From contig CM121343.1 in the NCBI GenBank assembly GCA_051530055.1, forward strand, positions 2,016,389 through 2,080,388: DNA of 64,000 nt, in the 5' to 3' direction. A program made the translations under genes and the position numbers. Positions 23,401-33,289 of this stretch are shown in pieces (positions within the stretch are counted from its first letter, which is position 1; the number at the start of each line of letters is the position of its first letter). The stretch is from Neoechinorhynchus agilis (Eukaryota > Animalia > Acanthocephala). Under the pieces are notes generated by a model, which was given only the letters and a program-made list of their open reading frames with translations, did no database searches and had not been told where the DNA came from.

Positions 23401-24075
23401 CATTCTCCGGGAGATGTTAGAGTTAACATTCTTATTTTTAATAACTGAATCATACTACTACCTAATTTTTTAGCGGCAGGACATCGAATGCGAATTATAA
23501 TGTGAATGAGATTATTTGTCAAACGAAGTTAAAAAAAGTGGTTTTGTATTGCTCATAATTGATTGTTTTTCAAAGATGTCCCTGTTTATTTTTGTAAAAT
23601 ACTGTAATACGCAATTCAAAGAAAGCAGATTTTTCTAGCACTTGTGTATGTAAATGAAATATTCTTATGTTTCTGCATAAGCGATCTTGTTGTTTTATTA
23701 GAAATACTATAAAACCAAAATGATCGGCAGAAAATGATTAACCCTTTTTATTGTCTCAAAACCGCGTACACGTTGTAAACTAAGTAGAGCTGTCGTTGGA
23801 AATTTTTGACTTAATCTCAATTAAGTTAATCTTTGACAGAACGATTTATTTTAACGCTTTTTAAGTTTCACTCGCTTTGCTTTATAGTGAAAATTCAAAA
23901 GGACTTGTATTGGGTCGTAAAAGGTAAGTTTAATAAGCTTTGTTGGATTCGTCGCAACTTTCAAAGAAAGGTGTTTATTGATGAGATCATCGATATCGAA
24001 GGGCACAGGAGGTTTTCCTTTGTGGTTAAGGTAGGATTCACTTTTCAAAGAACATCAAAAGAGCACCAATTTACG

Positions 24076-25790
24076 CTAACGATCTTCGCCTAGGGCCGGT
24101 TTAGAACGATCACCACTTTGGATTTTTTCGACTTCATAAAAAGCTCTCAAAAACGTGCCTAAAAGTGCATCGCACAGGATGCCCGTAACTCTTTTCCAGT
24201 TATTCCACCAACATTGAGCCCTCTGCCCAATTTCAGGTGCAAGTTCACAGGAAATGTTTAACAGGCTGCCCAGATAATTGAAGTTATTCCTCTTTTCGAC
24301 ATTAACCTCCTGCATGCCTACTTCGCCTCGTCCCATATCGTTTTGCTCCTGCTAATTTTCAGGCCGTTGCTTTCTAAGCACTGTCGCCAACTCTCTAATA
24401 TTTTCTCGAGTGCCACCGAGTCCCTCGCCGTGAGCAGCAGATCTTCTGCAAATAATGTCGTCCAGGGCGCGTTCATCTCTGCATTTCCTAGGACATCGAT
24501 GACTGTCGCGAACAAGAATTTGCTAAGCACTGAACCTTGATGTAGACCAATGGACACCTGAAAATAATCTGTCCTTCCTATTTGACATTCCACGCTTTGA
24601 TCGTGGTCACAAAATGCTCTGGACAGATTCTCTTCCTCAAACTGGCCCAAATCAGGTCTCGGGGCACGGTGTTATTTGCTTTCTCCAGGCCGATGAAGAC
24701 ACTATGCAACGAACGATGTTTCTCATTAAATTTTTCATAGCACGAAGATCGCGTCGATTGTGCTTCTACCTGGCACAAAGCCGCGCTGGGCTTCACTGAT
24801 TTGGATCTCCTCCCCAATCCGATTGTCAACCATTCGCTCCCACAATTTCATTGTGTGGGACATCAGCTTGATGCCACGGCAATTGTTGCACTGCAAAATG
24901 TTGCCTTTACCCTTAAAAATCGGCACAAGTATGCTTCTTTGCCATGCTGACAGAATGTTTTGCTCTGCATCTATCTTTCGAAAGAGTCTAGCAAGCAGTT
25001 TGACTAAGAAGGCGTCCAAACATTTCCTTAACTCAATCGGGATGTTATCTGGACCGGCACTCTTACCAATCTCCATCATTCTGATCTGCGATCCGACCTC
25101 ATCGTATGAATACGGTCTAGTCATATTGATATTCGGCTGTACTTGTTCAATAGGCAATCTTTTATTCTCTATGTTCAGGAGGGATCCGAAGTACCGTACG
25201 ATGTCCCTTGACCTTTTTTCCCGGATTTTGGCCAACTTGAAGATAATATCCCTCCCGTTATCTCTCCTCCAGCTGCGGATTCCCTCTTTGCTTTGGCGCA
25301 TTCTCGGGCAGCCTTCCTTTTTGCGTCTTTGTATGCGTCTTTGTTATGGGTTGAAGAATCGAAATCTAATATTTTCCTTGCTGCTCTTTTTGATTGATGG
25401 CGTCCTTGACCGTTTGATTCCACCATCATGCCTCTTTGTTCGGAGGTGGAGGTTTCCCCGACGTCATTCCCAAGATGATTTTGGCTTCTCGGATGATAAC
25501 TTCGACCGTCCCATCTCACCAGGTTTCTACTTCGACCACGTTCTTGCTTAGTTTCTGGGTGAGCACAATCCTCATCTTTTCTTCGAGGATAGGATCTTTT
25601 AGCTTCCACTACTTGATTTTTCGTGAGATGCTCGGTGTCTGCCGTTTGACTTTTACCCTAATCCTGAGGTCGGCCACGAGTACTCTATGTTGCATCGCAC
25701 CCTCTTCGCCTAATATGGTCTTGGCATTTCAGACTTCGCGAGTATGTGTGTAGGTGTCTTGTCTTCGCTGCTTAAATTTATAGGGGATGA
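24076..25790 (-). mobile_element. Degenerate RTE-clade LINE (end of APE domain, RT)
   Basis: QHRVLVADLRI..WKLK, GPDNIPIEL, SILVPIFKGKGNILQCNNCRGIKLMSHTMKLWERM, QRGFVPGRSTIDAIF, GLHQGSVLS, LFAEDLLL, NYLGSLL. Confidence 0.9.
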
Positions 25791-26460
25791 TCCTAAGAAA
25801 ATTAATAACTTTGGATATATCCGCTTAAATAATCTTCCTTAAATCAAGTGACTTGGCAAGGAATTTCTTCGCTTGTGCTCCAAAAAATAAATCAAGAGGT
25901 AGAATTTGCAGTTAAAACAATTTCTAATAAGAAAATCTTCTGAGTTTTGCCTAACCGAAATCGCGTCGTTAATGACAGATATTGTCTTCAACGATTCAAA
26001 ATCACACAAGATACGAACCTGCTCGTCCTCTACTCCCAAATATTTATCTGGAGGTTCTGAGGGCCTCCGTGATCCACTGTTTGTTTATATTATTAGGGAG
26101 CTTGTAGGTACGTGATTGGTAGATGTTTGAAGGCATTGGAGGATTATGATCTTCCTGTGTTTCAAATATCTATTCTATTGTTGGAATGCGTTTGAGACAC
26201 AAGAAAAAACGCTTCATTTTATCCACCTTTTGCATCACCCTTTTCTATTTACTCAACGTACGAATTTTACATTCTTTAATAACGATGCAGACTATTGAAT
26301 ACTAAACAACTTTGTTCCTATTTTTTGAATATTTTGTATTAGATAAAAAATATCGATAAAGACTATTATTGACTATTTATTTTACAAATATTACATACTC
26401 TTGAATCCCTCCCGCACAGTCGAGTACAAGTGACTCAATTGGTTTTCTTATTATGAATGT

Positions 26461-27600
26461 CTATTGGTTGTTGCATATTCGCTCTGCTTGAATTCGTTTG
26501 GATTCCACCAAAATCGAAAAAAGAGGTTTGAATTCGTTCAACACCCCATCTTTGTGATAGTCCCACAAAACACGTTCCCACGACAAAGATGCTACTTTCA
26601 CATTGCCGAGGAATCTCTGAAGCTGTATGTCTTGTACTCTCGCATCAACTTTGCTAAATCTTCGCAAATATTCCAGTGCTTCATGGACATCAACTTGGAG
26701 CGATTCCAAAATGAGCTCATAGGGAATGCTATTTTCGGAGGAGAGTAGCAAAACCATTCGCATCAGAAGGAAATGCTCAGGTCGAGCAAAACTCATTGAA
26801 TGTAGCTGCTTTACTGCTTCGTTTGTTCGAGAAATAGCAAGGCGCAAATCTCTAGTCAACGATTCAATTTTAAACATCGTATCCCTAATTTCGATTTGTT
26901 TCTTTTTTTAGGAATTTGCAGTGCTACTAATTTTTACTTACCAATCCAAGATAACGTTTGCCGCAAATCCGATTCCCTCTAATTTGTTGAAATAGCTACG
27001 AGCTATAAAGGATAACAATGTTGCATCAATGAAACCTGAAGCAATCATTCGTATTCTTGAATTCAAATTGATATCATTCGTATTCTTGAATTCAAATTGA
27101 TTCGCTCAAATCCTTTTGTGAGAAATTGTAAGAAATGTAATACTTAAAATGTCCTACCTGGAACTTCATTTAGCCACCTGACCAGATAAAGAAGTTCGTT
27201 GTTAAAAACCTCACCGATGAATTTCGGGAAAGAGCTACGACTCATATCCACGCTCTCAATCTCATTGCAATTTATGTTCAGCAATTGTGTAATCAACATA
27301 CTAATTTGGCAGTTTCTCTACCGTGAAGAGATAAGTTTTGAATCGATTTAAAATAAACTTACAATCTCGACCATAGTAACGATTGCCTTGTCCACATTAC
27401 GCTTAACTGCTTCACTTAACGGTTCTGGTGGAAATTGCTCGTGAATTACTACTTCGCTCTGTCTCGTGAGTTGTCTTAAGTTCCTATCTCCTTGAACAAT
27501 TCTACATCTCCCTATCGAAATTAAGCGATATCTATTTCGTTCAATTGTCTTATCAATCTACGTACCAGTCCGAAACATTCCAGCATTCTCGCAAGCCTTG
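26461..27600 (-). pseudogene. Nuclear hormone receptor gene (end of DBD, hinge, LBD), frameshifted and 5'-interrupted
   Basis: Splicing four short GT..AG introns gives KACENAGMFRT (DBD end) ... LVRWLNEVPGFERINLNSRIRMI (LBD signature) ... EHFLLMRMVLLL ... KPLFSILV. A 29-nt tandem duplication (27044-27101) introduces a stop, and the satellite at 27601 replaces the rest of the DBD. Confidence 0.75.
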
Positions 27601-28882
27601 CCTTTGGTTGTGCGTCATTGGTGGTAATGGATTCGAACCAGTTGACCCTTAACTCGGATCAAGAGCATTAGCCCACTTGACCACCTCGACACAACTACTG
27701 ACATTCCTCCGGATTCTCAGATACCTCCAGGAGGCGGATCAGTGAGTTTTCTCGCTTCAACGAGGTATTTCGTCCCTTTTGGTTGTGCGTCATTGGTGGT
27801 AATGGATTCGAACCAGTTGACCCTTAACTCGGATCAAGAGCATTAGCCCACTTGACCACCTCGACACAACTACTGACATTCCTCCGGATTCTCAGATACC
27901 TCCAGGAGGCGGATCAGTGAGTTTCCTCCTTCAACGAGGTATTTCGTCCTTTTTGGTTGTGCGTCATTGGTGGTAATGGATTCGAACCAGTTGACCCTTA
28001 ACTCGGATCAAGAGCATTAGCCCACTTGACCACCTCGACACAACTACTGACATTCCTCCGGATTCTCAGATACCTCCAGGAGGCGGATCAGTGAGTTTCC
28101 TCCCTTCAACGAGGTATTTCGTCTCTTTTGGTTGTGCGTCATTGGTGGTAATGGATTCGAACCAGTTGACCCTTAACTCGGATCAAGAGCATTAGCCCAC
28201 TTGACCACCTCGACACAACTACTGACATTCCTCCGGATTCTCAGATACCTCCAGGAGGCGGATCAGTGAGTTTCTCTTCAACGAGGTATTTCGTCCTTTT
28301 TGGTTGTGCGTCATTGGTGGTAATGGATTCGAACCAGTTGACCCTTAACTCGGATCAAGAGCATTAGCCCACTTGACCACCTCGACACAACTACTGACAT
28401 TCCTCCGGATTCTCAGATACCTCCAGGAGGCGGATCAGTGAGTTTCCTCCTTCAACGAGGTATTTCGTCCCCTTTGGTTGTGCGTCATTGGTGGTAATGG
28501 ATTCGAACCAGTTGACCCTTAACTCGGATCAAGAGCATTAGCCCACTTGACCACCTCGACACAACTACTGACATTCCTCCGGATTCTCAGATACCTCCAG
28601 GAGGCGGATCAGTGAGTTTCCTCCCTTCAACGAGGTATTTCGTCCCTTTTGGTTGTGCGTCATTGGTGGTAATGGATTCGAACCAGTTGACCCTTAACTC
28701 GGATCAAGAGCATTAGCCCACTTGACCACCTCGACACAACTACTGACATTCCTCCGGATTCTCAGATACCTCCAGGAGGCGGATCAGTTAGTTTCCTCCC
28801 TTCAACGAGGTATTTCGTCCTTTTTGGTTGTGCGTCATTGGTGGTAATGGATTCGAACCAGTTGACCCTGAAACAGGGATCC
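27601..28882 (-). repeat. tRNA-head/hammerhead family locus B: ~174-bp tandem array, 7 full copies plus partial
   Basis: ggttgtgcgtc recurs at 27606, 27781, 27955, 28130, 28302, 28476, 28651 and 28826. The minus-strand unit is GTAGTTGTGTCGAGGTGGTCAAG..GGTTCGAATCC..GGACGAAATACCTC..CTCACTGATCCGCCTCCTGGAGGTATCTGAGAATCC. Confidence 0.95.
27711..27776 (-). ncRNA. Non-circularly permuted hammerhead-ribozyme-like motif (first of 7 copies; 5-nt core deletion, predicted inactive)
   Basis: GGGAC-GAAA-TACCTC, CTCA-CTGAT[GAGTC missing]CC and GAGGTA-TC-TGAG. Stem III (ATACCTC/GAGGTAT) and stem I (CTCA/TGAG) pair perfectly. The missing bases are present in sibling copies at 41301-41312 and 46963-46976. 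Confidence 0.7.
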
Positions 28883-28937
28883 GAATTCCAGTTCTTAGTA
28901 CAATTAATTTAATGGATCAAGCAAATATTACAAAAAG

Positions 28938-29432
28938 AGGGATAAAAGAAGGAGTACAGTAACAGGAGGTTTGTGGTGCAGTCCACAGGGGTTGCGGCTA
29001 CTGCCGAGGTGGACCGAAAGGTGGCGTACCCTTTAAAGTGGGGACTCTTGGTGAGCTCGGCATTTAGATTTACGAAGGAATTATCGAGTAGACTCCAGGC
29101 CAAGACAAAAAATGCAAGAGCTGGTGCCTTCCTGCGCAAAAACATTGGTCTCGCGATCCAAAGAGGAAACGCAGCGAGCGTAATCGCGACCACCGAGGGG
29201 AGAGCTATGCCTCTTCTTCGTGGACGGTGGTGATAGTTGAAACGTTTTGTTGTTGTGTGAGTAAATGGGAAAAAAAGCCGAATTTATTGTTGAGTACAAT
29301 AATCTTTTTATTTTTCATCATTAGGCAACTGAGATAATATTGAATCTACTTTTAAAATTTAGCATACTTTCCTTTTTGGTAACGACTTAAACTTTATTTC
29401 GGATGACGATTCACGGCACCTGAGAAAATGTT
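28938..29432 (+). mobile_element. 5'-truncated CRE-clade fragment (endonuclease C-terminus) between ~53-bp direct repeats
   Basis: ORF 28973-29233 reads AATAEVDRKVAY...FTKELSSRLQAKTKNARAGAFLRKNIGLAIQRGNAASVIAT. attccagttcttagtaca(t)aattaatttaatggatcaagcaaatattacaaaaa occurs at 28885-28937 and 29433-29487. Confidence 0.75.
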
Positions 29433-29812
29433 ATTCCAGTTCTTAGTACATAATTAATTTAATGGATCAAGCAAATATTACAAAAAAGAAGACGTGAGTG
29501 TAGTAGATCGACCTTTCTGAGGGTCAGCGGCATCACTTCTCCTAATTTCTTTGTGATGACGACAAAAGAGAGGAGGATGTTTTACTCTGAACCGACCATT
29601 TCGGCCCCGAGCGCAATTCACGAACGATCTTAAGATTGAAAATCATTGGTCAAGAGCCATTCAGGCAATTGGTGCCGTCGGATCAAGCACCACTTAATTT
29701 TTAACCAAAGTTGGGAAATGGTTGGTGTAGTGTCGATATGTGTAAAACGGATGTGTGAAAAGCGGCGTTTTTGGTTTTAATTCGATATAAAACTATGTCA
29801 AATCGTAAGGTC

Positions 29813-32128
29813 TCGATATTTTGGACAAGATAAAAGCACGCGAGGTAGGTTCCGAAAACAATCGGATTAAAAAAAATAATTTCACTTTTCCGTCATAAAA
29901 AGATCATCAACATTTAAAACTTCAAACGGATTTCAAGAGTTAAAATACGAATTAAGTTGACTTAAGATAAAAAAAGTTAAATAATCATTGAAATCGAAAG
30001 GATCATTTTATTGAATTATGTTTATTAATGGTGGAAAAATTGAAGGAATTTGTTAAATTCGATATTTTGGAGTTCCGAAAACAATCGGATTAAAAAAAAA
30101 CATTTCCGTCATAAAAAGATCATCAACATTTAAAAATTCAAACGGATTTCAAGAGTTAAAATACGAATTAAGTTGACTTAAGATAAAAAAAGTTAAATAA
30201 TCATTGAAATCGAAAGCATCATTTTATTGAATTATGTTTATTAATGGTGGAAAAATTGAAGGAATTTGTTAAATTCGATATTTTGGACAAGATAAAAGCA
30301 CGCGAGGTAGGTTCCGAAAACAATCGGATTAAAAAATAATTTCCGTCATATAAAAAGATCATCAACATTTAAAAATTCAAACGGATTTCAAGAGTTAAAA
30401 TACGAATTAAGTTGACTTAAGATAAAAAAGTTAAATAATCATTGAAATCGAAAGGATCATTTTATTGAATTATGTTTATTAATGGTGGAAAAATTGAAGG
30501 AATTTGTTAAATTCGATATTTTGGACAAGATAAAAGCACGCGAGGTAGGTTCCGAAAACAATCGGATTAAAAAATAATTTCCGTCATATAAAAAGATCAT
30601 CAACATTTAAAACTTCAAACGGATTTCAAGAGTTAAAATACGAATTAAGTTGACTTAAGATAAAAAAAGTTAAATAATCATTGAAATCGAAAGGATCATT
30701 TTATTGAATTATGTTTATTAATGGTGGAAAAATTGAAGGAATTTGTTAAATTCGATATTTTTGACAAGATAAAAGCACGCGAGGTAGGTTCCGAAAACAA
30801 TCGGATTAAAAAAAAATTTCCGTCATATAAAAAGATCATCAACATTTAAAAATTCAAACGGATTTCAAGAGTTAAAATACGAATTAAGTTGACTTAAGAT
30901 AAAAAAAGTTAAATAATCATTGAAATCGAAAGGATCATTTTATTGAATTATGTTTATTAATGGTGGAAAAATTGAAGGAATTTGTTAAATTCGATATTTT
31001 GGAGTTCGGAAAACAATCGGATTAAAAAAATAATTTCACTTTTCCGTCATAAAAAGATCATCAACATTTAAAAATTCAAACGGATTTCAAGAGTTAAAAT
31101 ACGAATTAAGTTGACTTAAGATAAAAAAAGTTAAATAATCATTGAAATCGAAAGGATCATTTTATTGAATTATGTTTATTAATGGTGGAAAAATTGAAGG
31201 AATTTGTTAAATTCGATATTTTGGACAAGATAAAAGCACGCAAGGTAGGTTCCGAAAACAATCGGATTAAAAAAATAATTTCACTTTTCCGTCATATAAA
31301 AAGATCATCAACATTTAAAAATTCAAACGGATTTCAAGAGTTAAAATACGAATTAAGTTGACTTAAGATAAAAAAAGTTAAATAATCATTGAAATCGAAA
31401 GGATCATTTTATTGAATTATGTTTATTAATGGTGGAAAAATTGAAGGAATTTGTTAAATTCGATATTTTGGAGTTCCGAAAACAATCGGATTAAAAATAA
31501 TTTCACTTTTCCGTCATAAAAAGATCATCAACATTTAAAAATTCAAACGGATTTCAAGAGTTAAAATACGAATTAAGTTGACTTAAGATAAAAAAAGTTA
31601 AATAATCATTGAAATCGAAAGGATCATTTTATTGAATTATGTTTATTAATGGTGGAAAAATTGAAGGAATTTGTTAAATTCGATATTTTGGAGTTCGGAA
31701 AACAATCGGATTAAAAAAATAATTTCACTTTTCCGTCATAAAAAGATCATCAACATTTAAAACTTCAAACGGATTTCAAGAGTTAAAATACGAATTAAGT
31801 TGACTTAAGATAAAAAAAGTTAAATAATCATTGAAATCGAAAGGATCATTTTATTGAATTATGTTTATTAATGGTGGAAAAATTGAAGGAATTTGTTAAA
31901 TTCGATATTTTGGAGTTCCGAAAACAATCGGATTAAAAAAATAATTTCACTTTTCCGTCATAAAAAGATCATCAACATTTAAAAATTCAAACGGATTTCA
32001 AGAGTTAAAATACGAATTAAGTTGACTTAAGATAAAAAAAGTTAAATAATCATTGAAATCGAAAGCATCATTTTATTGAATTATGTTTGTTAATGGTGGA
32101 AAAATTGAAGGAATTTGTTAAATTCGAT
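29813..32128. repeat. AT-rich tandem satellite, 10 copies, two length classes (~218 and ~237-249 bp), containing a MITE-like inverted repeat
   Basis: tcgatatttt recurs ten times. Long units contain ggacaagataaaagcacgcgaggtag and short ones lack it. atggtggaaaaattgaagg...ttttccgtcat matches dispersed hairpins at 55628-55790 and 63680-63810. Confidence 0.95.
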
Positions 32129-32333
32129 GGTTCTAACAAATGGTATTTGTTAATTATTTGATTATCAAATCTCAAAAATAAGATAATGACGATGAAGTTG
32201 GTTTAAAATATCGTTAAAACTTGTGATCGATCTTTATTAGGTTCGATAGGGGAAGTTTTGACTGATAAGCCAGCGACCATAAATCCCAAAACTAAGTTCA
32301 ATATTCTACTTTTTCTCCCTTTCCATTTCGTTA

Positions 32334-32942
32334 CTAGTCAATTTTGTGAGTTTGAAGATGCGATCCGTTTCCATCCGTCTTAGAAAACACGGTCTTTGCT
32401 TTGTCTGATGTTTGTTTAAGGACGCCTTCGACGCGGCCGACATATTTATCGATTGGTTCTCGATGTTTGAGGAATATTGGTTTCACAACTAAATAATAGA
32501 TAACATGACTTCCACCACTGGAGCCCGGCACCATCATCCATAGAAGAAGGAGACATTTTCCAAGCCAATAAAAAGGAATCCAGGATGTAATAAATGAAAG
32601 AATATGTTCGGCGACCATAAATCCAGCGAAGACGACCCAATACATAAGCCATTCGCAATCATCAGCACTCGTCTTTGCTTCAATAGCTCGTATCGTTTGA
32701 AGTGAAGGATAAGCGAATCCAATGAGATCACAGATCAGATTGTTTGCCCAGCCTACGGCTAGATAAACAAAAATCAATAGAACGGATGCATAAAATATGA
32801 TTTCTCGGCGAACTCCGGTCCTAACTTCGATCTTCTTCAATACACCACCGAAAATACTGTCGTCGTTCGCAACCAGGGCATTCACACCCTTCTGAATCCG
32901 ATCCAAAAGCGATTGATGGCTTGGTTTAAGATTCTGCATCAT
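32334..32942 (-). CDS. REEP5: Receptor expression-enhancing protein REEP5/6 (DP1/YOP1 family ER-shaping protein)
   Basis: ICDLIGFAYPSLQTIRAIE....DDCEWLMYWVVFA..., SWIPFYWLGKCLLLLW and GSHVIYYLVVKPIF are TB2/DP1/HVA22 family motifs. The REEP5 versus REEP6 distinction cannot be made by eye. Confidence 0.9.
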   Translation of the reverse strand: MMQNLKPSHQSLLDRIQKGVNALVANDDSIFGGVLKKIEVRTGVRREIIFYASVLLIFVYLAVGWANNLICDLIGFAYPSLQTIRAIEAKTSADDCEWLMYWVVFAGFMVAEHILSFITSWIPFYWLGKCLLLLWMMVPGSSGGSHVIYYLVVKPIFLKHREPIDKYVGRVEGVLKQTSDKAKTVFSKTDGNGSHLQTHKID

Positions 32943-33289
32943 CTACCTTCACAGCGAAACGGACTCTAAGCGATGGAACACAACTCCAGAGAGCGCAGAA
33001 CTACGACCAGTGCGAACCGACCCGAAAGAATTAAGCGTCATGCGATTACGTCATCAGGAATGCAAGCGTGTCGCTTTCACACCAAAAAACGAGATGTAAC
33101 GCGAGACGAAACGCAATGTTTTACTTTTGTTACTTTCGAAAGGTGGGTGACTCTCAATTGTGATGATTTTGGGTCTTCAATGAAAAAAAAGAAACAAGAA
33201 CACTAACACAATAGAGCAAAAATGACGCAAAATTATACAAAGAAACGCAATGATCTATGAAACCAGTGAGATCCAGCCTTTTTTTCAAG

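Noticed and set aside
24760-25551. 263-aa plus-strand ORF
   Set aside because: It is the antisense shadow of the RTE LINE coding strand, with no recognisable motifs.
27601-28882. tRNA-like units as functional tRNA genes
   Set aside because: The acceptor, D and anticodon stems do not pair; only promoter boxes and overall spacing remain.
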